Below, one piece after another: positions 7,905-16,739 of a stretch of DNA of 32,000 nucleotides (position 1 is its first letter; every line of letters begins with the position of its first letter). Under the pieces are notes generated by a model. It ran no database searches and was not told the origin of the DNA. It saw only the letters and a list, made by a program, of their open reading frames with translations. Source of the stretch: an archaeon (GTDB lineage: Archaea; Iainarchaeota; Iainarchaeia; Iainarchaeales; JANQMZ01); NCBI GenBank assembly GCA_028279805.1, contig JANQMZ010000007.1, positions 120,001 to 152,000 on the forward strand, given 5' to 3'. Made by a program: the position numbers and the translations under genes.

Positions 7905-8441
7905 TTGACTCAATGGCATTCAAAATCAAGAAAAAAGAGGTCAGGTGGCTTCAGAAATTCAGTAAACCGTTCAACAAAAAAACTTGCATGGAAAGGCGGC
8001 ACGTTTGCAGCTACAAAAGTTGAAGAAAAAGACCTTAAAACAAGCATCAGGGCACGTGGCAACAATTTAAAACAAAAACTTAAAACAGCAAAAACCGTTT
8101 CATTCACAGATTTAAAAGGAAAAACATCAAAAGCTGCTATTTTAAGCGTTCTGGAAAACCCGGCTGACAGGCATTTTGCAAGGCGGGACATAATAACAAA
8201 AGGCGGAATAATTGAAATTGAAGTAAGCGGAAAAAAGGTTAATGCAATTGTAACCAGTCGTCCAGGACAATCAGGAACAATTTCAGCCAAGTTATATGAG
8301 GGTAAAATTGAATCTGTTGAAAAAAAAGCAGAAAAAGAAGCAAAAAAAGCCAAAAAGCCGGAAAAAACCAAAAAGGAAACAAAAAAAGCAAAAAAAGTTA
8401 AAAAAACTGAAAAAACAAAAGAAAAAGAACAAAAAGACTAA
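7905..8441 (+). CDS. rps8e: Ribosomal protein S8e (eS8) with Lys-rich C-terminal tail
   Basis: FAATKVEEKDLKTSIRARGNN, AAILSVLENPADRHFARRDIITKGGIIEIE, VTSRPGQSGTISAKL are S8e signatures. The track start (7884) extends upstream; TTG at 7905 preceded by AAGGTG gives MTQWHSKSRKKRSGG, the expected S8e N-terminus. Confidence 0.93.
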   Translation: MTQWHSKSRKKRSGGFRNSVNRSTKKLAWKGGTFAATKVEEKDLKTSIRARGNNLKQKLKTAKTVSFTDLKGKTSKAAILSVLENPADRHFARRDIITKGGIIEIEVSGKKVNAIVTSRPGQSGTISAKLYEGKIESVEKKAEKEAKKAKKPEKTKKETKKAKKVKKTEKTKEKEQKD

Positions 8442-8467
8442 TTCTACATAACAATTTTAGGCAAAGA

Positions 8468-8500
8468 TTTATAAAGGATCGCATCGGCTATTTATATAGT
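8468..8500 (+). promoter_or_regulatory. Putative tfb promoter: two TATA-like elements
   Basis: TTTATAAA at 8468-8475 and TTTATATAG at 8491-8499, upstream of the tfb start at 8607. Confidence 0.45.
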
Positions 8501-8606
8501 GAAAAACTCTGAAAACTTCTTGTTTTTTATCGGGAAATTCTTGTTTAAACATGGTTTTGCCCGCGTAAAACAGGTTTTTTGAATTTTTTTAAAAGGTGGT
8601 GTTTTA

Positions 8607-9509
8607 ATGGCAAAATGTCCTGAGTGTGGCAGCAGCAAAATTGTCACAGACGAATTTAAGGGTGAATCTGTCTGCCAGAATTGTGGTCTGGTTGTTGACA
8701 GTGAGGCATTAGATTATGGAAAAGAATGGAGATCTTTTGACTCTGACCAGTTTGAGGAAAGAGCAAGAACCGGTTCTCCGAAAAAATATGTAAAATTAAA
8801 CAAAGGCTTAGTCACAATGATTGACAGGCGTGGCAGGGATTTGAGAGGAAACAAATTGTCAAGCAAATCCAAAGCACAAATGTACAGGTTAATCAAGTGG
8901 CATAAGCGTGCATCAGTTTCAAGTTCAATGCAGAGAAACCTGAGCATTGCTTTAACTGAATTAAGAAGAGTTGCTTCTTATTTGAACATTCCTGAATCAT
9001 TGGTTGAAGCAGCTGCTTTGTTGTACAGGAAAACTGTTGAAAAAGGATTAATCAGAGGAAGATTAATTGAAGCTGTAGTTGCAGCAATCTTGTATACAAT
9101 TTGCAGAACTTATCATGTTCCAAGAACTTTGAATGAAATGGCTGAGGCGTCCGGTTTAACAAAAAAAGAAATTGGAAGGACGTACAGGTTTTTGGTTAGG
9201 GAATTAAAATTTTCAGTTCCTTTAACAAACCCGATTCATTACATTCCAAGGTTTGCAGCTGAATTAAACTTGTCTGGTGAAGTTCAGGAAAAAGGAAGGC
9301 AAATTATTCAGCAGGCAATTGAACAGGGATTAATTTCAGGAAGAGGACCAACCGGTGTAGCAGCTGCTGCTGTTTACATTGCCGGTTTACTGCACGGTGA
9401 AAGAAGAACTCAGAAAGAAGTTGCTTCTGTTGCCGGAGTAACTGAAGTTACAATCCGAAACAGATACAGGGAACTGAAAAAAGAATTAAACATTGACGTT
9501 GCAGCTTAA
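8607..9509 (+). CDS. tfb: Transcription initiation factor IIB (TFB)
   Basis: N-terminal zinc ribbon CPECGSSKIVTDEFKGESVCQNCGLVVD, B-reader/linker region, two cyclin-like repeats ending TQKEVASVAGVTEVTIRNRYRELKKEL. Preceded by GGTGGTG ribosome binding site. Confidence 0.98.
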   Translation: MAKCPECGSSKIVTDEFKGESVCQNCGLVVDSEALDYGKEWRSFDSDQFEERARTGSPKKYVKLNKGLVTMIDRRGRDLRGNKLSSKSKAQMYRLIKWHKRASVSSSMQRNLSIALTELRRVASYLNIPESLVEAAALLYRKTVEKGLIRGRLIEAVVAAILYTICRTYHVPRTLNEMAEASGLTKKEIGRTYRFLVRELKFSVPLTNPIHYIPRFAAELNLSGEVQEKGRQIIQQAIEQGLISGRGPTGVAAAAVYIAGLLHGERRTQKEVASVAGVTEVTIRNRYRELKKELNIDVAA

Positions 9510-9606
9510 GCTGCTTCGTTTTTTCTATTTTTTTTATTATAAATACCGATGTTTAATTTTAACTGTAAATATTTTTTTTTATTTTAATCAGAATCAGTTA
9601 ATTAAT

Positions 9607-9876
9607 TTATTCTACAATTTCTATTTTTGTTCCTATGGCTTGTCCCGGAATTCCTTTTGTAAAACGTGCTCGCATTGCTCCTTTGTCTCCATGGGCTGAT
9701 GCTATTTTTCCGTTAATTGTTTTTCCGGATTTGGTTTTCCATACAACTTTTTTTCCAACCAATGCAGATGCTTTGCTTTTGGAATCAACTTTGCTTGAAA
9801 TCAAAACAAGCTGGTTTCCTGTCATGGTTTTTCTTCCACGTTTATAGTTTTTTACAATTGCTTCCATTTTTATCAC
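9607..9876 (-). CDS. rpl35ae: Ribosomal protein L35Ae (eL33)
   Basis: GKKVVWKTKSGKTINGKIASAHGDKGAMRARFTKGIPGQAIGTKIEI matches the L35Ae core. Start may be GTG at 9876 or ATG at 9867. Confidence 0.93.
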   Translation of the reverse strand: MIKMEAIVKNYKRGRKTMTGNQLVLISSKVDSKSKASALVGKKVVWKTKSGKTINGKIASAHGDKGAMRARFTKGIPGQAIGTKIEIVE

Positions 9877-9960
9877 ATTTTTTTTTAAAAAATTCTTGTT
9901 AGAAAATTGCTTTTAGAAGCATTTTTAAACTTATTCTGCGTGGCTTTTGTGGGGAATGAT

Positions 9961-10611
9961 TTGATTATTGCCGGAATAGATGAAGCTGGCCGGGGCCCTG
10001 TTTTTGGCCCAATGGTTTTATGCATTGCTTCCATTAAAAAAAATGATGAGGAAAATTTGGTTAAATTAAATGTCAGGGATTCAAAACAAATTCCTTTAAA
10101 TGAGAGAAACGAATTGTTTGAAAAAGTAAAAAAAGAGCTTCTGGAATGGAAATCTGTTCAGGTTGAAGCGAAAGAAATTGACGAGTTAATGAACAGAAAA
10201 AGCCTGAATGAAATTGAAGCATTAAAAGCAGCTGAATTAATTGATTCTTTAAAACAAAAACCTGATATTGTTTTTGTTGATTCTCCTGACCTGATTCAGA
10301 ACAATTTTGCGTTAAGAATTAAAAAGTATCTGACATCAAAAGTTAAAATCAGAGCTGAGCATAAAGCTGATGACAATTATCCTGTTGTAGGAGCTGCGTC
10401 AATAATTGCAAAAGTTCAGCGTGATAATGCTGTGGAGGTTTTGTCTGAAAAATTCGGGGACATTGGTTCTGGTTATCCTCATGATCCTGCAACCATTCAG
10501 TTTTTGAAAGAATGGCTAAAAGAAAAAGGAGAATTGCCGGAGTTTGCCAGAAAAAAATGGTCAACCTCAAAAAATGCATTGGATGAAAAGTTTCAAACAA
10601 AGTTATTGTGA
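9961..10611 (+). CDS. rnhB: Ribonuclease HII
   Basis: IIAGIDEAGRGPVFGPMV, VDSPD, VGAASIIAKVQRD, GSGYPHD. The track start (9907) adds residues not expected; TTG at 9961 follows a GTGGGG segment and gives MIIAGIDEAGRGPV. Confidence 0.95.
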   Translation: MIIAGIDEAGRGPVFGPMVLCIASIKKNDEENLVKLNVRDSKQIPLNERNELFEKVKKELLEWKSVQVEAKEIDELMNRKSLNEIEALKAAELIDSLKQKPDIVFVDSPDLIQNNFALRIKKYLTSKVKIRAEHKADDNYPVVGAASIIAKVQRDNAVEVLSEKFGDIGSGYPHDPATIQFLKEWLKEKGELPEFARKKWSTSKNALDEKFQTKLL

Positions 10612-10615
10612 TATT

Positions 10616-11128
10616 ATGTGGCCCAAGAAAAGAAAAAAATCTGAATTCAATTTTGACATTGAAAGTTTCAGGGAAATGATTGAAGAAATAATTGAAGAAA
10701 TGAAAGAGGGACTTGAATCCGGTGAGGTTCCTGAAAAAGACAATCCTTTGGTTTTTGGTTTTTCTTTTAAAGTTGACCAGGAAGGCGAGCCGACAATTGA
10801 AGAATTTGGAAATATTAAATCAAAAGACGGCAAAACTGTTGTCAATACTGAAAGAGAACCGCTTGTTAACATTTTGGAGGAAAAAAATAACATTATTTTA
10901 ACAGTTGAATTGCCCGGCGTTCAAAAAGAAAATATTGTTGTTGAAACTATTGACCCTTACACTATTGAAATAAGAACAAATAATTCTGAGAAAAATTTTT
11001 ACAAAAAAGTTTCACTGCACGGGCCCGTTAAAAAATCCAAATCAAAAGCTTCTTTTAACAACGGAATCTTAGAAATTGTTTTTCAAAAACAAAAAAATGA
11101 TAAAAACAGCCAGATAAAAGTGGAATAA
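10616..11128 (+). CDS. Hsp20/alpha-crystallin family protein with a long acidic N-terminal region
   Basis: EREPLVNILEEKNNIILTVELPGVQKENIVVETI...VSLHGPVKKSKSKASFNNGILEIVFQK. Start set to the ATG at 10616 (MWPKKRKK), 5 nt after the rnhB stop. Confidence 0.85.
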   Translation: MWPKKRKKSEFNFDIESFREMIEEIIEEMKEGLESGEVPEKDNPLVFGFSFKVDQEGEPTIEEFGNIKSKDGKTVVNTEREPLVNILEEKNNIILTVELPGVQKENIVVETIDPYTIEIRTNNSEKNFYKKVSLHGPVKKSKSKASFNNGILEIVFQKQKNDKNSQIKVE

Positions 11129-11129
11129 T

Positions 11130-11315
11130 TTAAATATTCGGCCTTGTCACTGAATCCACGTATTTATCCTTACAGTTTTGAGAGCAAAAACTCTGAAAAT
11201 ACAAATGATGCTTGCTTCTTTCAAGTATTTTGCCGCATTCCATGCATTTTTTGTCTTTCGGAGGATTATCTTTTCTGTATTTTTTAACATCTGAAAAATT
11301 AAATCCCAAATCCAT
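11130..11315 (-). CDS. Small zinc-ribbon/treble-clef-like protein
   Basis: 61 aa with CMECGKILERSKHHLYFQSFCSQNCKDKY (CxxC...CxxxC); purine-rich GGGGATAGG upstream of the ATG. Confidence 0.6.
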   Translation of the reverse strand: MDLGFNFSDVKKYRKDNPPKDKKCMECGKILERSKHHLYFQSFCSQNCKDKYVDSVTRPNI

Positions 11316-11394
11316 AACCTATCCCCGTCATATTTCTGAACTCAAAATATTTTAAATAGAACGCTTTTTAATGCTTTTCAGGAATGTTTTTGTT

Positions 11395-12045
11395 ATGAAA
11401 TTTTTTGTTGACTCAGCGGATCTTGATAAAATTAAACAAGTGGCTGATTTGGGATTAGCTGACGGGGTAACCACAAACCCTTCACTTGCTTCAAAGCAAA
11501 ACAAGCCTTTTAAGCAGATTTTGGACGAAATTTGTGCAATTGTTGATGGCCCCATAAGTGCTGAAGTTACTGCTGTTGATTTTAATGGCATGATGGAACA
11601 GGGAAGAAAGCTTTCAAAATTTCATAAAAATATTGTTGTAAAACTTCCATGCACTGAAGCTGGCTTAAAAGCAACAAAAGCTTTGAAAAAAGAAAAAATT
11701 CCTGTTAACATGACATTGGTTTTTTCCACAAACCAGGCATTGCTTGCTGCAAAAGCAGGTGCTGCTTTTGTAAGCCCTTTTGTAGGACGCCTTGATGACA
11801 TTGGCGAGGATGGAATGAAAGTTGTTGAAGAAATTTTACAGGTTTATAAAAATTTTAATTTTGATACACAGGTTTTGGTTGCTTCAGTGAGAAACACTGA
11901 ACACGTGTTAAAGTCTGCTTTGCTCGGAGCCCATGTTTGTACATGCCCTCCTGAAATAATTCTGGAATTGGTCAAGCATCATAAAACTGATGAAGGGTTA
12001 AAAAAATTTTTAGATGACTGGGCAAAAAAAGGTGAAAAAATTTAA
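11395..12045 (+). CDS. talC: Transaldolase/fructose-6-phosphate aldolase family (TalC/Fsa type)
   Basis: MKFFVDSADLDKIKQVADLGLADGVTTNPSL, NIVVKLPCTEAGLKA, NMTLVFSTNQALLAAKAGAAFVSPFVGRLDD. The track start 11371 is upstream; ATG at 11395 gives the canonical N-terminus. Confidence 0.93.
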   Translation: MKFFVDSADLDKIKQVADLGLADGVTTNPSLASKQNKPFKQILDEICAIVDGPISAEVTAVDFNGMMEQGRKLSKFHKNIVVKLPCTEAGLKATKALKKEKIPVNMTLVFSTNQALLAAKAGAAFVSPFVGRLDDIGEDGMKVVEEILQVYKNFNFDTQVLVASVRNTEHVLKSALLGAHVCTCPPEIILELVKHHKTDEGLKKFLDDWAKKGEKI

Positions 12046-13856
12046 GGCTTTGCAGTGGGAATTGTAGGGTGGTAAACGTTTTTGTCAGCCTGTTTTTTTG
12101 ATTTTTGTTTTAAATAGTCAATTACTTCGCTTTTCAGAACATTTAATTGATTTTTTTTACCGGTTTCCAAATAACCCGCTATTGCTTTAAGCATTGTATT
12201 TGCTCCCACTATCTGAGGCATTATAACATAATCTGCTCCTGTTTCATATAATTCTAATGCGTCAGAATAATGATGGGCGCGGGCAAAAATTGCAAGTTTT
12301 GAATTTGTTTTTTTTGCTTTTCTGATTATTTTCAAAGAAGACGGAATGTCATTTATTGCAAGTATTAACATTTTTGCTTTTTCCACATTCATTTTTTCCC
12401 ATAATTCCTGGTTGCCCACCATTCCGTAAATTGTTTCAATATCTTTTTTCATTAACATTCTCAGAGTGTCAGGATTTTTATCCAAAACAAGCAGAGGCGT
12501 TTTTTTGTAAATTGCTTCCGCTATTGATGTTCCCATTGTGCCTGCTCCTGCAAGTATTGTGTGATTTTTCATTGGTGCAACTTTTTCCAAATCTGAAATT
12601 TTTCTGTGCAAAAAAGCGTTTTCGTTTAAAACCGGAAAAGCGGTTATAAGGCTTTTTCCAAACTTGTATAATGCAAATTCGTGCTTGAAAACATAAGGCG
12701 TTAAAATCATTGACAATGCCATCGCAAAAATTGTTAATGAAAACAATTCAGATGAAATAAAACCGCTTTCAAGCCCTTGTGTTGCCAGAATTAATGAAAA
12801 TTCTGATATTTGTCCAAGGCCTAATCCGACCATTAAAGCAATTTTGCCGCCATGCCCTGACAACAATGTGATTAAATAAAAAATTGCAGGTTTTATTGCA
12901 AAAGTTATTCCCAAAATCAGCAAAAGCAGGCTTAAAGTGTCCGGTGAAAAGTTAAAGCTTAACTGCATTCCCAGTGTCACGAAAAAAATTGTGACAAAAA
13001 AATCTCTGAATCCCCTGATTTCATCAGTTATCTGAAACTTGTAGGGTAACGGTGATATTGCAAGCCCTCCTAAAAATGCTCCGAATGCCAGTGGCAATCC
13101 TAAAAAATATTGTGAAACAAACATGAACATAAAAGCTGAAGATATTGCTGTTAGATATAATAATTCCTGTGAACGTATTGCAAATTTGAAAATATGCGGG
13201 TAAACATATTTGCTTAAAACATATGCCAAAACGATTAACACTGAACCTGAAAATAAAAAGTCAACAAAAAACACTGTTGTTAGTGCGGTATTTAAGTTTG
13301 CCAGTAATGGCAGAACCAGAATAATTATTGCATCCTGAACCAGCAGAAAACCAATCATTAACCTGCCCTGAATTGTATCAATTGTTCTGTTATCTGTTAA
13401 AAGTTTTACTACAACCATTGTGGATGAAAAAGCTAAAATCATTCCGAAATAAATTGATTCGTTAAAACCTAACAATCCTGTTAAATTTGTTAAAACCATG
13501 ACAATTGATGTAATTAATCCGACCTGCAATGATGTTCCGATTATTGCTATTTTTCCGATGCTTTTTAATTTTGAAAAATATGTTTCAATTCCAACTGAAA
13601 ATAATAAAAATGCAATTCCAAGTTCTGATAACAGGCTGATGTCATTCATGTTCACAACGTAAAGAGGAATCTGTGCAACGGTTGCATCAAATGCTCCCAA
13701 TCCGATGGGTCCTATTGCTATTCCTGCTACAATATAGGCAAGCAAAGACGGCTGTTTTAACCAGCGGAAAATAAAATTGAAAAAAGTAGCTGCAATAACT
13801 ATTAAGCCCAAATCAAGCAATAATGCAACACTTTCAATGGGAAGTGAACCAGCCAT
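12042..13856 (-). CDS. CPA2-family cation/proton antiporter (KefB/NapA-like) with C-terminal TrkA-N domain
   Basis: Multi-helix antiporter core (VAGIAIGPIGLGAF, FAFGAFLGGLAISPLPY-type region, FVTLGMQLSF) followed by a Rossmann-like HTILAGAGTMGTSIAEAIYKKTPLLVLDKNP. Confidence 0.9.
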   Translation of the reverse strand: MAGSLPIESVALLLDLGLIVIAATFFNFIFRWLKQPSLLAYIVAGIAIGPIGLGAFDATVAQIPLYVVNMNDISLLSELGIAFLLFSVGIETYFSKLKSIGKIAIIGTSLQVGLITSIVMVLTNLTGLLGFNESIYFGMILAFSSTMVVVKLLTDNRTIDTIQGRLMIGFLLVQDAIIILVLPLLANLNTALTTVFFVDFLFSGSVLIVLAYVLSKYVYPHIFKFAIRSQELLYLTAISSAFMFMFVSQYFLGLPLAFGAFLGGLAISPLPYKFQITDEIRGFRDFFVTIFFVTLGMQLSFNFSPDTLSLLLLILGITFAIKPAIFYLITLLSGHGGKIALMVGLGLGQISEFSLILATQGLESGFISSELFSLTIFAMALSMILTPYVFKHEFALYKFGKSLITAFPVLNENAFLHRKISDLEKVAPMKNHTILAGAGTMGTSIAEAIYKKTPLLVLDKNPDTLRMLMKKDIETIYGMVGNQELWEKMNVEKAKMLILAINDIPSSLKIIRKAKKTNSKLAIFARAHHYSDALELYETGADYVIMPQIVGANTMLKAIAGYLETGKKNQLNVLKSEVIDYLKQKSKKQADKNVYHPTIPTAKP

Positions 13857-13904
13857 AATAATCCGTTAAAATAGGCTTTTTTGCTTTTAAATTCTTTGCC
13901 TGTT

Positions 13905-15299
13905 TTAAGCTTCTTTTCGCCATTTTGTGCCTTTCTGAGTGTCATCAAGCAAAATGCCTTTTTTTGCCAAAAGTTTTCTTATATTATCAGCTTCATCCCA
14001 TTTTTTTTCTTTTCTCAGATTTTCACGCTTTTTAATCAGTTTCATTTCTTCTTGTGACAATTTTTGTTCTTTAAATTCAAACTGAAAAATGTCAAGAAAA
14101 GAATTAATTTTTTTAAAAAAATTTAAAACATTTAAAGCATCTTTTTTTGTCAGTCCTTTTTCCTGTTCCATCTTGTTTGTTTCTCTTTCTAATTCAAACA
14201 AGTATGCCCATGCGTTGGGTAAATTAAAATCATCATCCATTTCTTTTTCAAAACCTTTTTTTGCATTTTCAATTAACACATTTACTTTTTTGTTTTCAGA
14301 ACCTGTTTTTTTAATTTCAGTTAATCTTTTTAAAAAAGAATCAAGTTTTTTTAAAGTTTTTTCAGATTTTTTAATTTGTTTTGCTGAAAAATTCACAGGG
14401 CTTCTGTAATGTAATCCTGAAACAAAAAATCTGAACACTCTCGGGTCAGTTGTTTTTAAAAGTTCCGGAATTGTTATAAAATTTCCCAAAGATTTTGACA
14501 TTTTTTTTTCATTCACATTTAAAAAACCGCTATGCATCCAGTATTTTACAAACTGTTTTCCTGTAACCCCTTCACTTTGAGCTATTTCATTTTCATGATG
14601 CGGGAAAGACAAGTCTTCCGCCCCGCAATGAATGTCAATCTGTTCACCTAAATGATGAAAATTCATTGCCGAACATTCAATATGCCAGCCCGGCCTTCCT
14701 TTACCCCAAGGGCTGTCCCATGCGGGCTCGTTTGGTTTTGCTTTTTTCCATAATACAAAATCCTGAACGTTGTTTTTTTCATATTTATCGGTTTGAATTC
14801 TTGTTCCAGTTTTTCCTTTTTCAATTTTTATTCCTGAAAGTTTTCCATAATCTGAAAATTTTTCAACTTTAAAATAAACACCGTCATCGGTTTCATAAGC
14901 AAGTTTTTTTTGCACAAGTTTTTCAATAAGTTTAATAATTTCATCAATTTCTTCAGTAACACGGGGATAAACATCTGCCTGTTTAACTTTTAATATTTTC
15001 ATTTCTTTAAAAAATTCTTCCGAGTATTTTTTTCCAAGTTCAAAAATGCTGATTCCAAGCTCATTTGCTGTTTTAATCATGTCATCATGAACATCTGTAA
15101 TGTTTACAACATATTTTACCCTGAATTTGCGATATTCCAAATACCTCCGAATAATGTCAAAGGCAATATATGTTCTTGCATGCCCGATATGTCCAGGACC
15201 ATAAACGGTCGGCCCGCACACATACATCCTGATTTTTCCTTTTTCTATTGGTTTAAAGGGTTCTTTTTTGGCTGTTAACGTATTTTTGACTTTTAACAT
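13905..15299 (-). CDS. cysS: Cysteinyl-tRNA synthetase
   Basis: MYVCGPTVYGPGHIGHARTYIAFDIIRRYL, HCGAEDLSFPHHENEIAQSE, KMSKSLGNF. Confidence 0.97.
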   Translation of the reverse strand: MLKVKNTLTAKKEPFKPIEKGKIRMYVCGPTVYGPGHIGHARTYIAFDIIRRYLEYRKFRVKYVVNITDVHDDMIKTANELGISIFELGKKYSEEFFKEMKILKVKQADVYPRVTEEIDEIIKLIEKLVQKKLAYETDDGVYFKVEKFSDYGKLSGIKIEKGKTGTRIQTDKYEKNNVQDFVLWKKAKPNEPAWDSPWGKGRPGWHIECSAMNFHHLGEQIDIHCGAEDLSFPHHENEIAQSEGVTGKQFVKYWMHSGFLNVNEKKMSKSLGNFITIPELLKTTDPRVFRFFVSGLHYRSPVNFSAKQIKKSEKTLKKLDSFLKRLTEIKKTGSENKKVNVLIENAKKGFEKEMDDDFNLPNAWAYLFELERETNKMEQEKGLTKKDALNVLNFFKKINSFLDIFQFEFKEQKLSQEEMKLIKKRENLRKEKKWDEADNIRKLLAKKGILLDDTQKGTKWRKEA

Positions 15300-15359
15300 T
15301 TAAATCAGCTAGAATTAGATTTTTTTAATATTAAAACCTTTTTTTTCCGCTTTTTTTTA

Positions 15360-16739
15360 TTATTTCCATTTTTTACAGATTTGAAGTGTTTTTTGTGTTG
15401 CTTTTCCTGTATAAGTTTCCGGCTTTTTAATAAAATTTAATTGTTTTTTTGAAAAATTGTCCAGAAAAGGCTTTAATTTTGAATCATTTAAAGCCAGTTC
15501 ATAAATGCTTTTTTTCTGCTTTTCTGATTTTAATGAGAGTTTTCTCACATATTCATGTGCATTTTGGTGGCCATAAAAAGCTAATAACACGTACAAAGGT
15601 TCTGCTGCAATTGAATCAGCTGCCTTGTTAAAATTTTGTGCCATTTGCTTCCTGTCAACCTTAATGTTTGACATTGTTTTGTTTAATTTTTTTACTGCTA
15701 TAAAAAATGCTGTGAACAATTCCGCTGAAAATCTTCCGGAAGCAGAATTACTCAAATCTCTTTGGTGTTCTGAAACCTGGTCAGAATACAATGTTACCAT
15801 TTTTGGCATAAAAGCTTTCCATAAACTTTTAACATTTTCAAAACTAATGGGATTTTTTTTATGAGGCATTGTGCTTGAGCCAACCTGTTTTGAACCAAAG
15901 CTTTCATAAATTTCGCTTATTTCGCTTCTCTGCAAATGCCGCATGTCATCAGCAAGATTTGCCAGAACTCCGAAAGCGGAAACAATTGCATGCATTAAAT
16001 CAAGCATTGGTTCTTTTTCAACAATCTGGGTTGAATGCCCTCCTGTTTTTAATCCTAATTTTTTTAACAAAAGTTTTTCAAATTCCAGCGGATTTGGCAA
16101 AATTAAGGATGAAGCGTTGTATGCTCCTACTGCACCTGAAACTTTTCCAACAAGATTATTGTTGGCTTTTTCAATTGCTTCAATTCTTGTGCCTAACCTG
16201 TCAACATATTCTGCTATTGTAAAACCGAATGTTACAGGTGAAGCAAACTGCCCGTGAGTTCTTCCGACCTGCACTGTTTTTGCTTCTTTTTTTGCCAGCT
16301 TTATCAAAGTTTTTTGAAAGTTTTTTAATTCAGGCAAAATTGTTTTTTGCACTCCGTGTTTGAAACGCAACGCGTCAGCTGTGTCAACAACATCATAACT
16401 TGTAATTGTTAAATGAACAAAAGGTTTTGCTTTTTTTGAAACTCTTTTTCTAATAGAATTAACCAAAGCCCTGATGTCATGTTTTATTTTTTTTTCTTCT
16501 TTGTAAACTTCTTCAGGTTTTACTTTTTTTATTGCATTTGAAATTTCTTTTGCAATTTTTGCCGAACAAATTTTTTTTTTGGCAAAAGTCTGAACCAAGG
16601 CTTCTTCAACTTTTAATTGATATGAAATTTTTGCTTTTTCCGAAAAATATGGCGATAATTCTTTTACAATTTTTTTATCAGAACCATAATACCGGTAATC
16701 AAGCGGTGAAACCAGGTCAAACAAATTAATTTTTTCCAT
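15360..16739 (-). CDS. purB: Adenylosuccinate lyase
   Basis: Fumarase/lyase superfamily signature GSSTMPHKKNPI plus TSYDVVDTADALR and QVGRTHGQFASPVTFG. Confidence 0.96.
   Translation of the reverse strand: MEKINLFDLVSPLDYRYYGSDKKIVKELSPYFSEKAKISYQLKVEEALVQTFAKKKICSAKIAKEISNAIKKVKPEEVYKEEKKIKHDIRALVNSIRKRVSKKAKPFVHLTITSYDVVDTADALRFKHGVQKTILPELKNFQKTLIKLAKKEAKTVQVGRTHGQFASPVTFGFTIAEYVDRLGTRIEAIEKANNNLVGKVSGAVGAYNASSLILPNPLEFEKLLLKKLGLKTGGHSTQIVEKEPMLDLMHAIVSAFGVLANLADDMRHLQRSEISEIYESFGSKQVGSSTMPHKKNPISFENVKSLWKAFMPKMVTLYSDQVSEHQRDLSNSASGRFSAELFTAFFIAVKKLNKTMSNIKVDRKQMAQNFNKAADSIAAEPLYVLLAFYGHQNAHEYVRKLSLKSEKQKKSIYELALNDSKLKPFLDNFSKKQLNFIKKPETYTGKATQKTLQICKKWK

Noticed and set aside
7910-8371. 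Minus-strand ORF of 153 aa opposite S8e
   Set aside because: Shadow of the rps8e coding sequence, with no independent protein signature.
12356-12649. Plus-strand ORF inside the antiporter gene
   Set aside because: Antisense to the TrkA-N region of a convincing antiporter gene.
14089-16729. Several plus-strand ORFs opposite cysS and purB (14089, 15449, 15625, 15869, 15943, 16532)
   Set aside because: All antisense to conserved enzymes, with Leu/Phe/Lys-biased translations and no motifs.
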